64,000 bases of DNA from a virus, in the IMG/VR virus record IMGVR_UViG_3300045988_129382, positions 64,001-128,000 of that record; one strand, written 5' to 3'. The notes beneath the pieces were generated by a model. That model did not search any database and had not been told where the DNA came from. It saw only the letters and a list, made by a program, of their open reading frames with translations. The translations under genes and the position numbers were made by a program. Every line of letters begins with the position of its first letter. Position 1 is the first letter of the stretch. This document shows, piece after piece, positions 10,823 through 21,757 of this stretch.

Positions 10823-13800
10823 GTGGAAATTAAACCTTTTAAGACAATAAATGGGAATGGGTACTCATTTAAGGAGATATGGAAGATTTACGATGAGCAG
10901 TTCAACATTCTTCGAGACATTATATTATCTTTGGGTGATAAGTATCAGGTTGAAAATTTTAGTGGTAGTGACAGTAAGGTCATTACATTAAATACACCTT
11001 ATAATAGTAATCAAGTGTTCGTGTATTGTAATGGTGTACTTCAGTGGAAAGATAGGGATTATCGAGAAAATTCACCTACAGAGATTGAGTTATTATTTGA
11101 TAGAAAAGCTACTGATGATGTTCGCATTGTTACGATTAAATCCAATGTAATTAAGAATGATTTACATCAATATTTACAAGATATCAGTTCTGTGGTAGCT
11201 AATGCTAAAGAACAGTATGATTCTGCTAGGAATTTAGAATCAAGGCTTGTTGAATTATACTCCTCTTTACAACAAACTCATTCATTATATACAAATAATT
11301 CAACTGCAAGTCTTGTTACTGATTTGACAAGATTAAAAAGTGAGTATGAAAAAGTAAATACAAGTGTTACTGCTTTAGATAAAAAGTTAAAAGACTTAAT
11401 TGGTAGTAGTGAATACATTTTAACAACTTTAAATATTGATGATTTAAAAGAGTTAGTTAATAGTATTAAGTTAAAGATAGATGAGTTGTCTAGTGAAAAG
11501 TCATTAGATATTATTTATCCTATGTTTGGCTCTAATCAAAATGGTCCCGATGCTAGTGTTCATGACGTAGGGGAGTGTACTTTTGTTGGTATTGATAAAA
11601 AGTATTGGTTCATGATTGATACGTTCTCTAAGTCAACAGGTGATGGTGGTTATAGTTCAATTAAACGTGCTATGCAAGAAAATGGGATTACTAAATTTGA
11701 GTTCTTGCTAATCACTCATTGGCACAAAGACCACTACGGCAACGCTATACGCTTTATGAATGAGGGTTTAGTGGGTAAGGTTTATGTGCAAGACGTAACT
11801 AAATATCCAAATGGTATTAGTGGTGCGTATGGCATGCCTTATGCAGTGTTGAAGTCTGTGTATGACGAGCATAAAAATACAGCACAGGCTAGGAGTATTC
11901 CTTTTAGTTCTGCACCTACTGGTGAGATTGATTTTCATGGTGCTAAGTTATTATTCCACAATAATGATTCAACAGCTATTGCTAAGCACAATTCTACTTG
12001 GGTTAATGAAAATTACAATAACACCTCTATTTGTTTATTGGTGTCATATATTGGTAGAAATTTCTTAGCACAAGGTGATGGTGATAAAGAGGTAATGAAA
12101 GAATACTTAGATATTCTTCCATCTAATATTGATTTATTAAAGTCTAATCATCATTCAATAGCAACAATGCCACTATCTTTTAGGAAATTAAGACCTAAAG
12201 ATGCTATCATTACTGCTAATAAGTGGCAGTTGGCACATGATACTGTTGTGTTTAATTATCAGTCATTCTTGTTTGATATGGGTTCAAGTGTATATTTCTT
12301 AGCTAATCAGAAAGAAGATATACACATTTCATATAGTTCATTATATGGTGTTGCATACAATAAAAAATTAGAGGTTGGATATCCAGATAACTGTGCATAT
12401 ACAACACCTGACCCTAATGGTCATATCTTTGTAGATTGTAATTATAATGGTAACAATAGTACAGGTGATAAGGATAAGCCTTTCAAATATTTATCAGATG
12501 CTGTTAGGTTCGCTCATATCAACTATATGAAAGAGATTTGTGTGAATATCGCTCCTGGTGATTACACAGGTGATATTAAACATTATAATTTTGTAAATTA
12601 TAATGCAAATACAGTAACACTTATTAATTTTATTGGTTTACGTGGTAAAGTTAGATTTATTAATAGTGGAACTACATCTGCATATTTGCCACCTATCTAT
12701 GTGGCTATGTGTGATAATGTTACATTTGAGAATATCACATTTAAAGTTGGAAGTATGTATACATCTAATGCTGTTAATAAACTAACTAGCTTTAATAATG
12801 TTAGTGTTACAAATGCAACTGCTTTGTTTAGTAGGTGTACATTTACTGTTGATAATACAGATATCACAAATAAAGAGACATCTAATTCTTCATTTAATAC
12901 AATTCATGTAGATGCTTTTGGTTCAAAAGTTAAGATTGATACATGTACTTTAAGTGGTAAAGTTAGGTATGGTATTAGGTCTGCTGAGGGTTCTGTTGTA
13001 ACTGTTGTAGGTTCAAATAATATTAATAGTAGTGTTGCTACTGTATATTATGCTACAGAGGGTGATATTAATGTTAATGGTACAGCAACTAAGAATACAT
13101 CTAATGAATCAACTGTTGGTGGTAGGGTTAGTTTTCTAGATGTAGCTTCTACACCAACATACCCTAATACTACACGTGGTCAAGTTATTGGTACACGATT
13201 ATCACAAAAATATGGTGGAAAATTAGGTTATGTTTCTGATGGTAATGGTGGGTATTCTTCTATAGACCATTTTAATCGGAGTGGTAATTTAGATAACAAA
13301 CCTGATTTTGAAGGTCAATTCGCTTATGATAAGACAAATAAACGAGTAGGTTTCGCCTTAGGCTCAACTAATAAGTCTGATTGGTTAGAGTTATCTGCTA
13401 ATAATAGTATTGGTGGTGTCAAAGAGTGGAAACAGGGTGGTACTTATAGTTATGGTGATTTTATAAGTAATTCACAGGGAAATCTTTTTTATTATAGAGG
13501 TGGTGACATTTCTTATCGTAGTGGTACATCTGTTGATAGTCAGATTAGTGGCGATTTGAGGGTTGTTGAGTCACAGGGTGGTAGATTTGTAAATATTAAC
13601 CCAAATAATCATGCTCATACATCTTTTGCAATGTTACATAATAAGACTGAAAATTTTGAATTGCCAACTACTAATAGTGAGATGAGTAAATTAGGTATGT
13701 TTATTACATATTACACTAAATATGTTTTTAGTGGTCAACCTACAAGGTATGGTCAGTTAATCAATATACCTCCTGGTATTGACAATACAGAGGAAGCAAT

Positions 13801-14272
13801 GCAGATTTGGATTGAGCAAAACTCTGGTCAGATGTATGTTAGGGGTGGTAATTGGCAAGGCAATGTTGCATCTAGAAATTTCCAACCTGTATATCCTGAT
13901 AATTTTGATACTGTTGATTATTTGTTTAAAGGTGTAACAACATCTAGAGATGATGCTAGAAGTAGAAATTTGAGACTAGCAAGGTCTATGGATAACTATA
14001 AAGTAGTAACTTTTTATTTAACACCTGATAATAGTAATGACTTTTCTGTTTCATGTCCTTTTGAGGTGTCTGACTTTAAGAATATGTTAAATACACTTAA
14101 AAAATCAGGAGTTCCTACAAATTGTTACTTATTGAATAAGCATCAGTTATGGTGGGGATTAAAGCTAAATGAAGGTACACTATCCTCAACTAGCATTGCT
14201 GATATTACGTGGGATGAGAATTGTAAATTAGTTGGTGTTACTGGGTGGCCGAGGAAATTTAATTTAGATTAG
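10823..14272 (+). CDS. Tail fibre/spike protein with an embedded metallo-beta-lactamase-fold hydrolase domain and a beta-helix-like region
   Basis: GTG start. The N-terminal ~230 aa are coiled coil. 'LLITHWHKDHYGN' (HxHxDH, nt 11717-11734) is the MBL-fold metal motif. Downstream are Asn/Thr/Val-rich repeats ('VTFENITF...') of the parallel beta-helix type. Confidence 0.65.
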   Translation: MEIKPFKTINGNGYSFKEIWKIYDEQFNILRDIILSLGDKYQVENFSGSDSKVITLNTPYNSNQVFVYCNGVLQWKDRDYRENSPTEIELLFDRKATDDVRIVTIKSNVIKNDLHQYLQDISSVVANAKEQYDSARNLESRLVELYSSLQQTHSLYTNNSTASLVTDLTRLKSEYEKVNTSVTALDKKLKDLIGSSEYILTTLNIDDLKELVNSIKLKIDELSSEKSLDIIYPMFGSNQNGPDASVHDVGECTFVGIDKKYWFMIDTFSKSTGDGGYSSIKRAMQENGITKFEFLLITHWHKDHYGNAIRFMNEGLVGKVYVQDVTKYPNGISGAYGMPYAVLKSVYDEHKNTAQARSIPFSSAPTGEIDFHGAKLLFHNNDSTAIAKHNSTWVNENYNNTSICLLVSYIGRNFLAQGDGDKEVMKEYLDILPSNIDLLKSNHHSIATMPLSFRKLRPKDAIITANKWQLAHDTVVFNYQSFLFDMGSSVYFLANQKEDIHISYSSLYGVAYNKKLEVGYPDNCAYTTPDPNGHIFVDCNYNGNNSTGDKDKPFKYLSDAVRFAHINYMKEICVNIAPGDYTGDIKHYNFVNYNANTVTLINFIGLRGKVRFINSGTTSAYLPPIYVAMCDNVTFENITFKVGSMYTSNAVNKLTSFNNVSVTNATALFSRCTFTVDNTDITNKETSNSSFNTIHVDAFGSKVKIDTCTLSGKVRYGIRSAEGSVVTVVGSNNINSSVATVYYATEGDINVNGTATKNTSNESTVGGRVSFLDVASTPTYPNTTRGQVIGTRLSQKYGGKLGYVSDGNGGYSSIDHFNRSGNLDNKPDFEGQFAYDKTNKRVGFALGSTNKSDWLELSANNSIGGVKEWKQGGTYSYGDFISNSQGNLFYYRGGDISYRSGTSVDSQISGDLRVVESQGGRFVNINPNNHAHTSFAMLHNKTENFELPTTNSEMSKLGMFITYYTKYVFSGQPTRYGQLINIPPGIDNTEEAMQIWIEQNSGQMYVRGGNWQGNVASRNFQPVYPDNFDTVDYLFKGVTTSRDDARSRNLRLARSMDNYKVVTFYLTPDNSNDFSVSCPFEVSDFKNMLNTLKKSGVPTNCYLLNKHQLWWGLKLNEGTLSSTSIADITWDENCKLVGVTGWPRKFNLD

Positions 14273-14282
14273 GTAGGTATAG

Positions 14283-16739
14283 ATGTATAAAATTCCGTAT
14301 AAAATGGTTGAGATAGTTACAGAAAGTGGTGAGACTTTAACACTAGAAGATGTGTTAAAGTCTATGCCAACTGTACCTATGGCTTTATACACAGGAAATG
14401 ATGACTTTACTAAAGAGAAGATAGAGGACGTTATTAACTATCTTAAAGCTAATGGTGGTGGTCAGTTTACCATACCTGAAAATCCGCCGATTCATAAGTT
14501 AACTATCGATGTACATAGAAATAAGTTTCAAGATTATGTAGTACATTTTATCTACAATGATTATCGTTACCCTATTGGTACAGAGAAACGACCTTATACA
14601 GATGAGAGTTGGCAAGCTGGGGACATTATCTACAATCTAGATATCTTAAACTCAGATGATAAATGTACTATGTGGTTCTGTAAAGAGAGTGGTTCTGCTA
14701 CATCAAGTGGTAAGTGGTCGCAACAATCTATATGGCAATTATCTTCTAGTGAGATTGATGATTTAGTAGTATCTCACGTGGGCTCTTCTATAGGGCCGCT
14801 TGTACAGAAAGAGGTAGGTTTACAGGGGCCTGCTATGATGTCTAGTGAGGTTACTAAACAACTTGACGCTAAAGTTCCTAGTAAGGTTGAGTCAGAGGTT
14901 ACTAAACAGCTTGCTAGTTCAGTTCCAGCACAGGTTTCTAGTATTGTAGATGACAGTCTTTCTAGAGAGGTATCTAAGAGGGTTGATACAGTAGTTACAC
15001 CTATCATTAATAGTAGGTTAAGTAGTACATTATCTGATACAGCTGTTACTAGGATGATTAATGAGAAGGTAGACCCTAAAGTATTATCTATTACTGAGGA
15101 AGCTAAGAGAGTTGTAAATACAAAGGTTACAGAAGCAACTTCAACTTTATCTAATACAGTTAATAACTATATAGATGAGGCTAAGAGGAAGTTAGGTGCT
15201 ATTACTACTGTTACTGCAAAAGATGTAGATGATAAGATTAAAGAATCCTCTAAGGCAATTAACACTAAGATTGATAATATTGTAGATACTAGGTTAGCTA
15301 ATCTTAGGACTGGTCATAGCGATATTGTCGCTACAGAAGAGTATAAGATGGGTGCTGATGGTGTTGTTGATGATACAGCTAAGTTTGAGCAGTGCGTTAA
15401 TGATGCTAGGGGTAAAATCTTAATTATTAGTCCTGGTGTATATAAGTTGTCTAAGAACATCTTTATTGGTGAGTGCAAGGATGTTATTGTATTAGGTTCT
15501 TTTAATAATAAAGTTCCTTTCATTAAGAATGATGATATGTTTATTACTTCACCTACTAATATTGAATACATTAGGTCTGTAGAGTTAGATACAAATAAGG
15601 TTAATCAGTGTCAGGGTTTTGCATATAATTCTAATAGAAATGAGTTTGTACTTGCTACTATTAATTCAGACAATACAAATCAAGTATTGTATATTTTAGA
15701 TGGTGATGATTTAAACACTCAAAAACGTAGAGTAGATTTTAGTGATGTAGAAAAATTAGGTCATTGTAATACGATGACATATAACAAAGATACTAATACT
15801 TTGTATGTATGTAATGGAGATACTAATTCTAATCCATTTAGGATGGCTAAGTTAGATAATAACTACTCTATTACAGGTGTACATACTGATTCTGCACAGG
15901 TTAAGAAATATAACTTCGCATATGACCCTATCACTAAGTGTTATTGCTCTATCATGCCTGGTGATAGGACTATAGGGGTTAGACATGTATTTATCTTAGA
16001 TAGCAATTTTACTGTTATTAGAGAGTTTGATGTTGATTTCTTAACAAAAGACTATAACAATAATGGTGCTATGTTCTATAATGGTACGATTATGTGTGCT
16101 AGTTTACATGCTATCTTACAATTCGATGTATTTGGTAATGTTAAGACTGTAGTTGATATTGATAAGGCTTATGAGATTGAGGACTTTGATATTAAGAATG
16201 GTGTAGTATATTTTGCTGTGTTAGAAGGGCATAATGTTCATATCTTTAGTGGTATGCACAATAAATTCAATTCTATACACATTAATAATATGAAAGTAAA
16301 TCGTCTATTACTTGCTAATAATTCTCCTTTATTAGGTTTAACTGCTGATGGTAAAGAAATTAGCTTAGCTAAGGTTGGTAAATCTGGTTCGTCTGAAATT
16401 GGTGATAAATCGACTAATACTATTTTAATTGGTAAAGATGTTAAAACTTGGGATGGTGGTGATGCATCATATTCATTATTATCAACTAAACATTATGGGA
16501 ACGCAATTTATTCTAAGAAACAGATTGATGATGCGTTTGTTAAGAAGGCTGAGTTAGTTAAATTGTCTATAGATGTAAAACCTGATTTCGTTGGACAATT
16601 AGCTGTTAGTGGTGGTAAGTCTTATATAGCACTTAATAATACAGGTACAGATGGTTGGAAGCCTTTAGGTGGTGCTAGTCCATTAGATGCTGTTGATAGG
16701 ATTAGGTTTACAAATGGTGCTGAGTTGTGGATTGATTAG
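14283..16739 (+). CDS. Receptor-binding / tail fibre protein 1 (long form)
   Basis: The C-terminal ~430 aa are paralogous to ORF 18881-19963 ('QCQGFAYNS..EFVLA..SDN.NQVLY...LGHCNT.TYN'). The N-terminal part contains 'SEVTKQL' repeats. Confidence 0.6.
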   Translation: MYKIPYKMVEIVTESGETLTLEDVLKSMPTVPMALYTGNDDFTKEKIEDVINYLKANGGGQFTIPENPPIHKLTIDVHRNKFQDYVVHFIYNDYRYPIGTEKRPYTDESWQAGDIIYNLDILNSDDKCTMWFCKESGSATSSGKWSQQSIWQLSSSEIDDLVVSHVGSSIGPLVQKEVGLQGPAMMSSEVTKQLDAKVPSKVESEVTKQLASSVPAQVSSIVDDSLSREVSKRVDTVVTPIINSRLSSTLSDTAVTRMINEKVDPKVLSITEEAKRVVNTKVTEATSTLSNTVNNYIDEAKRKLGAITTVTAKDVDDKIKESSKAINTKIDNIVDTRLANLRTGHSDIVATEEYKMGADGVVDDTAKFEQCVNDARGKILIISPGVYKLSKNIFIGECKDVIVLGSFNNKVPFIKNDDMFITSPTNIEYIRSVELDTNKVNQCQGFAYNSNRNEFVLATINSDNTNQVLYILDGDDLNTQKRRVDFSDVEKLGHCNTMTYNKDTNTLYVCNGDTNSNPFRMAKLDNNYSITGVHTDSAQVKKYNFAYDPITKCYCSIMPGDRTIGVRHVFILDSNFTVIREFDVDFLTKDYNNNGAMFYNGTIMCASLHAILQFDVFGNVKTVVDIDKAYEIEDFDIKNGVVYFAVLEGHNVHIFSGMHNKFNSIHINNMKVNRLLLANNSPLLGLTADGKEISLAKVGKSGSSEIGDKSTNTILIGKDVKTWDGGDASYSLLSTKHYGNAIYSKKQIDDAFVKKAELVKLSIDVKPDFVGQLAVSGGKSYIALNNTGTDGWKPLGGASPLDAVDRIRFTNGAELWID

Positions 16740-16817
16740 ATTTTAATCTTAAATTCATAATCATTGTTTGTTATTAAATTATATATAGGTAGTGTTACAA
16801 AGGTAGGGGGTAGTTCC

Positions 16818-17147
16818 ATGAAAAGCAATACTTTTTTTAGAGGTACTACCCCTACTCTTGAAATTAGCATGGGTAGGGGTATTAAGGTTGAGGATATAGA
16901 CAGTTTGATTGTCTATTTTTCACAAGGTATCACCATACTGAAGAAAAAACTTGAGGATGTTAAAATTAATAAGACGACTAATGAGGTGTATGTATCTCTA
17001 AGTGAGTTAGAGACATATATGTTTAGTCCTAGTGTTGTTAATGTACAACTTCGATATAAATTACTAAATGATACAAATATTTATAGTACTCATATATATC
17101 CTTTTAGGGTGTTGAAACAAGTATGTGATGAGGTATTTATCGAATGA
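16818..17147 (+). CDS. Hypothetical structural protein
   Basis: ATG at 16818 after an AAGGTAGGGGG RBS. The track start at 16764 has no RBS. Confidence 0.5.
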   Translation: MKSNTFFRGTTPTLEISMGRGIKVEDIDSLIVYFSQGITILKKKLEDVKINKTTNEVYVSLSELETYMFSPSVVNVQLRYKLLNDTNIYSTHIYPFRVLKQVCDEVFIE

Positions 17148-17464
17148 ATGAGGGTGTAATTAAATCTAGTGGCACATTCAGTAAAGTTAGTATAAACTCA
17201 AAATATGTTAATATCAATTCACATATGGGGGTAGACACTAATAGTAGTGGTACACTAGAGACTTCTAATAGAGTTAAAGTTACTAAAGATGAAGTTAAAG
17301 ATATGCTAAAGGAAAAACAAGATAAGTTAATTGCTGGAAATGGTATCTTATTAAATGAAGAGACAAATGTGATATCAGTTTCAACAGAAAAGATTGTTGT
17401 TAATGAGGGTGATAATATTTCTGATTTAACAGCGTTGTATTTACTGGCTAAGGGTGAAAATTAA
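17144..17464 (+). CDS. Tail-fibre repeat protein (short)
   Basis: ATGA overlap with the upstream gene. Contains 'KQDKLIAGNGILL', the same repeat as in the next gene. Confidence 0.55.
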   Translation: MNEGVIKSSGTFSKVSINSKYVNINSHMGVDTNSSGTLETSNRVKVTKDEVKDMLKEKQDKLIAGNGILLNEETNVISVSTEKIVVNEGDNISDLTALYLLAKGEN

Positions 17465-18225
17465 TGGCAGATTTAAAGGATAATTTACAGAATCTTGCGA
17501 CTCAGTTGGGTACGGATGTAAAAAATATTAAAGCATCTGTAAAAACTACAGATGATAAAATTGGTACGTTAGGCTCTTTGTCTACGACTAATCAATCTTC
17601 AATCGTTGAAGCTATCAACGAGGTTAAAGCTAATATCGTTACTGCTCAGGGTGGTGCTGTAACAGAGCAAGCTGTTGATACAAAGTTACAAGCTAAACAG
17701 GATAAGTTAACTGCTGAGGGTAAAATTTCAATTAATAAGGATACTGGTACAGGTTTAACTAAGATTACTGTAGACTTGTCAGATTATGTTGAAAACAGTG
17801 CTTTGACAACTAAGTTAGGTGACTACACAACTACAGTAGGTTTAAATACTAAACTAGATACTAAACAAAACAAATTAACAGCTGGTAGTGGTATTACATT
17901 AGATGCAGATGGCACTATTAAAGCTAGTGTTGATTTAAGTACTATGGCAACTAAACAAGAGTTAACAGATAAAATTCAAGAGGCTGTTACTAACCTTGTT
18001 AATGGTGCTGATGCTACTATGGATACATTTAAGGAAGTTCAAGATGCTTTAAATAGTGATAAGACTGTTACAACAGCATTGACTACATCTGTTGCTAACA
18101 AATTAGATTATAGTCAAGCACAGTCTTTATCAACTGTACAAAAACAGCAAGCATGTGCTAATTTAGGTATTGGTGACCCTACAGTGGATTTAGTGAGTGT
18201 GTATACAACCGCAAGAGATAGTTAG
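17464..18225 (+). CDS. Tail fibre protein with KQ(D/N)KLTAG repeats
   Basis: Two or more copies of 'L..KQDKLTAEGKISI / KQNKLTAGSGITLD'. The N-terminus 'MADLKDNLQNLATQLGTDVKNIK' is shared with the next ORF. Confidence 0.65.
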   Translation: MADLKDNLQNLATQLGTDVKNIKASVKTTDDKIGTLGSLSTTNQSSIVEAINEVKANIVTAQGGAVTEQAVDTKLQAKQDKLTAEGKISINKDTGTGLTKITVDLSDYVENSALTTKLGDYTTTVGLNTKLDTKQNKLTAGSGITLDADGTIKASVDLSTMATKQELTDKIQEAVTNLVNGADATMDTFKEVQDALNSDKTVTTALTTSVANKLDYSQAQSLSTVQKQQACANLGIGDPTVDLVSVYTTARDS

Positions 18226-18238
18226 TGGGTGATTGCTT

Positions 18239-18880
18239 ATGGCTGATACTAATACACAATTAGTGCAGAATATACAGACATTGGCACAGACTGTTGGTAG
18301 AGATATCAAAGATATTAAGACAAGGGTAAATTCTATTTCTAGTGGTGGTAGTGGTTCTAATGTTGACACTTCTAGACTAGCTACTAAAGAAGAATTAAAG
18401 GTTGTAGAGAATAAAATACCTAAAGCTAGTGGTGTTCCAACTCTTGACTTTACTGTAGAAAATAATGGTGATGTGTATGTTGATATTACATATCCTGAGG
18501 TAAGTAATACACCAACAACAAATACACAGACTGATACTATAGCTTATGGTACTACTAAGATTTATGACGTTGTGTGGGGTGTTGCAGTTCCAGGAGCCGC
18601 TGGTACAGGTAGAGGTTATTTAGAGTATAGTCCTATTAGTGGTTTTGGTAAACTTCACTTAGATATTAAAATGACACAGCCTAGTGGTAATGGTGGTACT
18701 ATTGCTACACTACCAGCTAATGCTCCTGTACCTATGAGATTAATAGAGACAGCGGTTGATGTTAGTAACAATAGTATTTATGTTGAACCTAACTCTAGGA
18801 ATATTAAGGGTTGGGGTGTTCAGGGCAATAATACGAGGTATATTTTTGATATTATAGGCTTTTGGAAGGAGATTAAGTAG
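18239..18880 (+). CDS. Tail fibre-like protein
   Basis: ATG at 18239. The N-terminus 'MADTNTQLVQNIQTLAQTVGRDIKDIK' parallels that of ORF 17464. Confidence 0.55.
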   Translation: MADTNTQLVQNIQTLAQTVGRDIKDIKTRVNSISSGGSGSNVDTSRLATKEELKVVENKIPKASGVPTLDFTVENNGDVYVDITYPEVSNTPTTNTQTDTIAYGTTKIYDVVWGVAVPGAAGTGRGYLEYSPISGFGKLHLDIKMTQPSGNGGTIATLPANAPVPMRLIETAVDVSNNSIYVEPNSRNIKGWGVQGNNTRYIFDIIGFWKEIK

Positions 18881-19963
18881 ATGGCAAGAGTTAAAATAGG
18901 TAGGATAACTTTACCAAACCTATCTCCTTTCATAGTTAGGGATGTTAGGAATATTAAGAAAGTTGCTACACTCAAACTAAATGCACCTATTATTCAGTGT
19001 CAGGGTTTTACTTATAATAGTAAGACTAGGGAGTTTGTGTTAGCATGTATTAGTTCTGACAATAACACACAAGTATTATACAACTTAAATTCTACAGACT
19101 TTTCTAGGACGAAGACTGTTCAGTATACAGATAAGAATAGATTAGGTCATTGCAATACATTAACTTATAATAGTAAGATAGATAAAATTATTGTAACTAA
19201 TGGTGCAGTAAATGTGAATCAGATTACATACTTAAATCCTGATTTAAGTATTGATACAACTAAGACTATATCAGGTAAGGCTTTTAATTTAGCTTATGAT
19301 GATGAAACTGATACGTATGTATCTATTGTTCCTGGTGTTGACAATTCATCACGTAACTTAGAGTATTATGATGCTAGTTTCACTAAAACTAAGTCTGAGA
19401 CAGTGACTGTAAATTCTAAGAATAATGATTCCAATGGTGCTTTATTTTACAAAGGGCAGGTAGTTTTTGCTACTGAGTATTTGGTGAATAAATCATCTGT
19501 TGGAATTCAGTTCCTAGAAACATTAAGTGGTTTAGAGGTAGAGGATTTTGCTGTAAAAGATGAGAACATCTATATGGCAGTTAATACAAACTCTGGTGTA
19601 GACATATACTGTCATTACTCTAACATGTACTTCATAGATAATATAGCTACAAAAGATAACTTATCTTTACCTAATAACATACCTTTGTATGGTACAGATA
19701 CAACTGGTGCATTTAGAAATTTAATTAAATGTTCTAGTGGTAATGGTACTGAGGTTGGTAATCAAAAATCACCGATGGCTTTAGTTGGTACAAGGGTAAC
19801 ATGGTTTGATGATAAAGGTGTATCTAGAACCCTGTTATCTACAAAAGAGTTAGATGGTGTAGGTGAAAATAAAGAGGGTAAGGTTATTTATAGAGCATCT
19901 GAGATAGACAAGATGTTTACTGATGTTTTAAATAAGTTAAAAGAAATTAATTCTAAGTTGTAA
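18881..19963 (+). CDS. Receptor-binding protein 2 (short paralog)
   Basis: 360 aa, alignable along its length with the C-terminal part of ORF 14283-16739. Confidence 0.6.
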   Translation: MARVKIGRITLPNLSPFIVRDVRNIKKVATLKLNAPIIQCQGFTYNSKTREFVLACISSDNNTQVLYNLNSTDFSRTKTVQYTDKNRLGHCNTLTYNSKIDKIIVTNGAVNVNQITYLNPDLSIDTTKTISGKAFNLAYDDETDTYVSIVPGVDNSSRNLEYYDASFTKTKSETVTVNSKNNDSNGALFYKGQVVFATEYLVNKSSVGIQFLETLSGLEVEDFAVKDENIYMAVNTNSGVDIYCHYSNMYFIDNIATKDNLSLPNNIPLYGTDTTGAFRNLIKCSSGNGTEVGNQKSPMALVGTRVTWFDDKGVSRTLLSTKELDGVGENKEGKVIYRASEIDKMFTDVLNKLKEINSKL

Positions 19964-19977
19964 GAGGGCTGTATAGT

Positions 19978-21576
19978 ATGATAATTGAAGAAATTGTTAA
20001 TGAGATTGATAAGTTTATTACAAAGTACAAAGCATTAAAGTCTGATAATCAAACTTTGACTCAATTTAAGTCTGATGTTAAAACTGCATTGAATAATAAA
20101 GGTATTATCAGTACTAATGTTGATGAAGATGTAGTGCAGTCTATTACTAATTATACTCCTAATTCTATTGGAGCTAATCTTGATGCTAATTATCTAAAGA
20201 CTGTTGGTTTGTTACCTAGTAATTTTAGTGGTAATCCTACTGAGAGAGATTTGATTGTAAATAAATACTTATTTCAAGATTCTAATGATAGTCGTAAATT
20301 TATTTCTTCTAATGATTTACTAAGTGTAAGTGTTCAACTAGATGGTAAGGAAGTTACTAGTTATAGTCGAACTTCTACAAGAAGTACTTCTGAGGAAGGA
20401 ATTGATATAAATAAATATAATATCCCGTTGGGTGGGTACTATATTAATGCTTTTAAATTTAACAAGTCAGGAAACTATTCTTTAAATTTAGATATGGGTA
20501 ATTTATCTTTAAGTAAAGTAATTAATTATGTTGAAGAAGATTTGACTTCTATGTCTGATTTCCTAGTTTACGCTACCAATCTAAAATCTAATCGTGTAGT
20601 TGGTTACGATACACGTAAAATAGAAACTATAGACAAATTAGATAGAACTAAACTAGATGGTGATATGGTTCAGCTTTTTATTAGAGTAGAGCGTAATTTG
20701 AACGCTATGGGTAGTGCTAAAGAAAAACTAGGGTATGTCTACAATGTAAGAACAGGTAAAGCTTTCTTAGTGGATGTGGCGTGGTTATCCTCTGACTTTA
20801 GCAGAGTTCCATCAAAGTTTAGAAATTCATTATCTACAATTATTTATGATAATAGAATTGATGTTCTTACTAGTGCATACTCATTTGCATTATCTGTAAA
20901 TGGTGATGATAAGAACCATACAACATTTATTTCTGATATTGATTATCAAGAAGGAGATACTCTTGTGTTTGCTTTCTATAAAGAAAGAAATAGAGATGAA
21001 GCTCATGAGTTTCCTACTAATGTAGTTGAGAAATATTTAAAAACTATTTCTAGTGCTATTAGTTCTGAGCAATTTGTTCAGGATGATGCTACATATAATA
21101 TGGGTAGGTTGGTTAGTACTAACGATTTAAGTCTAGCAGGACATGAGGATAATTTTACAGAGTTAGCGGGTAAAGTTGAAATTTATGAAAAAGGTGTAAA
21201 ATTCATGCCTACCGCATTGTCTTTAAAAAATACAGAGGGGCAAGGGCCTATTATGGCTTTAGGCATGCTAACAGAAGAATTTATGCCTACAGTAGGTATA
21301 GATTATTATGTAATAGATTTATCCAAACTACCAAGCAATAACATAGCTTTACCTAGTGAGACACCTGTTGCTATTGCAAAGGATTTCGCTAACGTAATAA
21401 TTAAGGTAAATAAAGACAACGTAATTGGTAATAGCGAAACAATCAAGATTAATGGACATACAGGTCAATCAATCAAAATTAATGGCTCTGATTTTGTTAA
21501 AACTGATAATGGTAAAAATTATCTGTATTCATTCAAAAAAGATGGTATTCAAGAATTAAAGCCTTTTGTATGGTAA
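19978..21576 (+). CDS. Hypothetical (probably structural) protein
   Basis: 532-aa ORF with an AGAGGG RBS. It is the last gene of the fibre module. Confidence 0.55.
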   Translation: MIIEEIVNEIDKFITKYKALKSDNQTLTQFKSDVKTALNNKGIISTNVDEDVVQSITNYTPNSIGANLDANYLKTVGLLPSNFSGNPTERDLIVNKYLFQDSNDSRKFISSNDLLSVSVQLDGKEVTSYSRTSTRSTSEEGIDINKYNIPLGGYYINAFKFNKSGNYSLNLDMGNLSLSKVINYVEEDLTSMSDFLVYATNLKSNRVVGYDTRKIETIDKLDRTKLDGDMVQLFIRVERNLNAMGSAKEKLGYVYNVRTGKAFLVDVAWLSSDFSRVPSKFRNSLSTIIYDNRIDVLTSAYSFALSVNGDDKNHTTFISDIDYQEGDTLVFAFYKERNRDEAHEFPTNVVEKYLKTISSAISSEQFVQDDATYNMGRLVSTNDLSLAGHEDNFTELAGKVEIYEKGVKFMPTALSLKNTEGQGPIMALGMLTEEFMPTVGIDYYVIDLSKLPSNNIALPSETPVAIAKDFANVIIKVNKDNVIGNSETIKINGHTGQSIKINGSDFVKTDNGKNYLYSFKKDGIQELKPFVW

Positions 21577-21757
21577 CTTTTGTCCTATAATTTATGTTGT
21601 GAAGTAGATATAAAATACTACTTGAATATTAAAGCTTCTGTTTTAGGTATTTGGAATATAATTTATATTTCTAAGGATTAAACAGTAAGTATTAGATAAT
21701 AATTAAATATACATAAGATATTCATAAAATAGATAGTATTGGTGAGAGGTGTATCTT

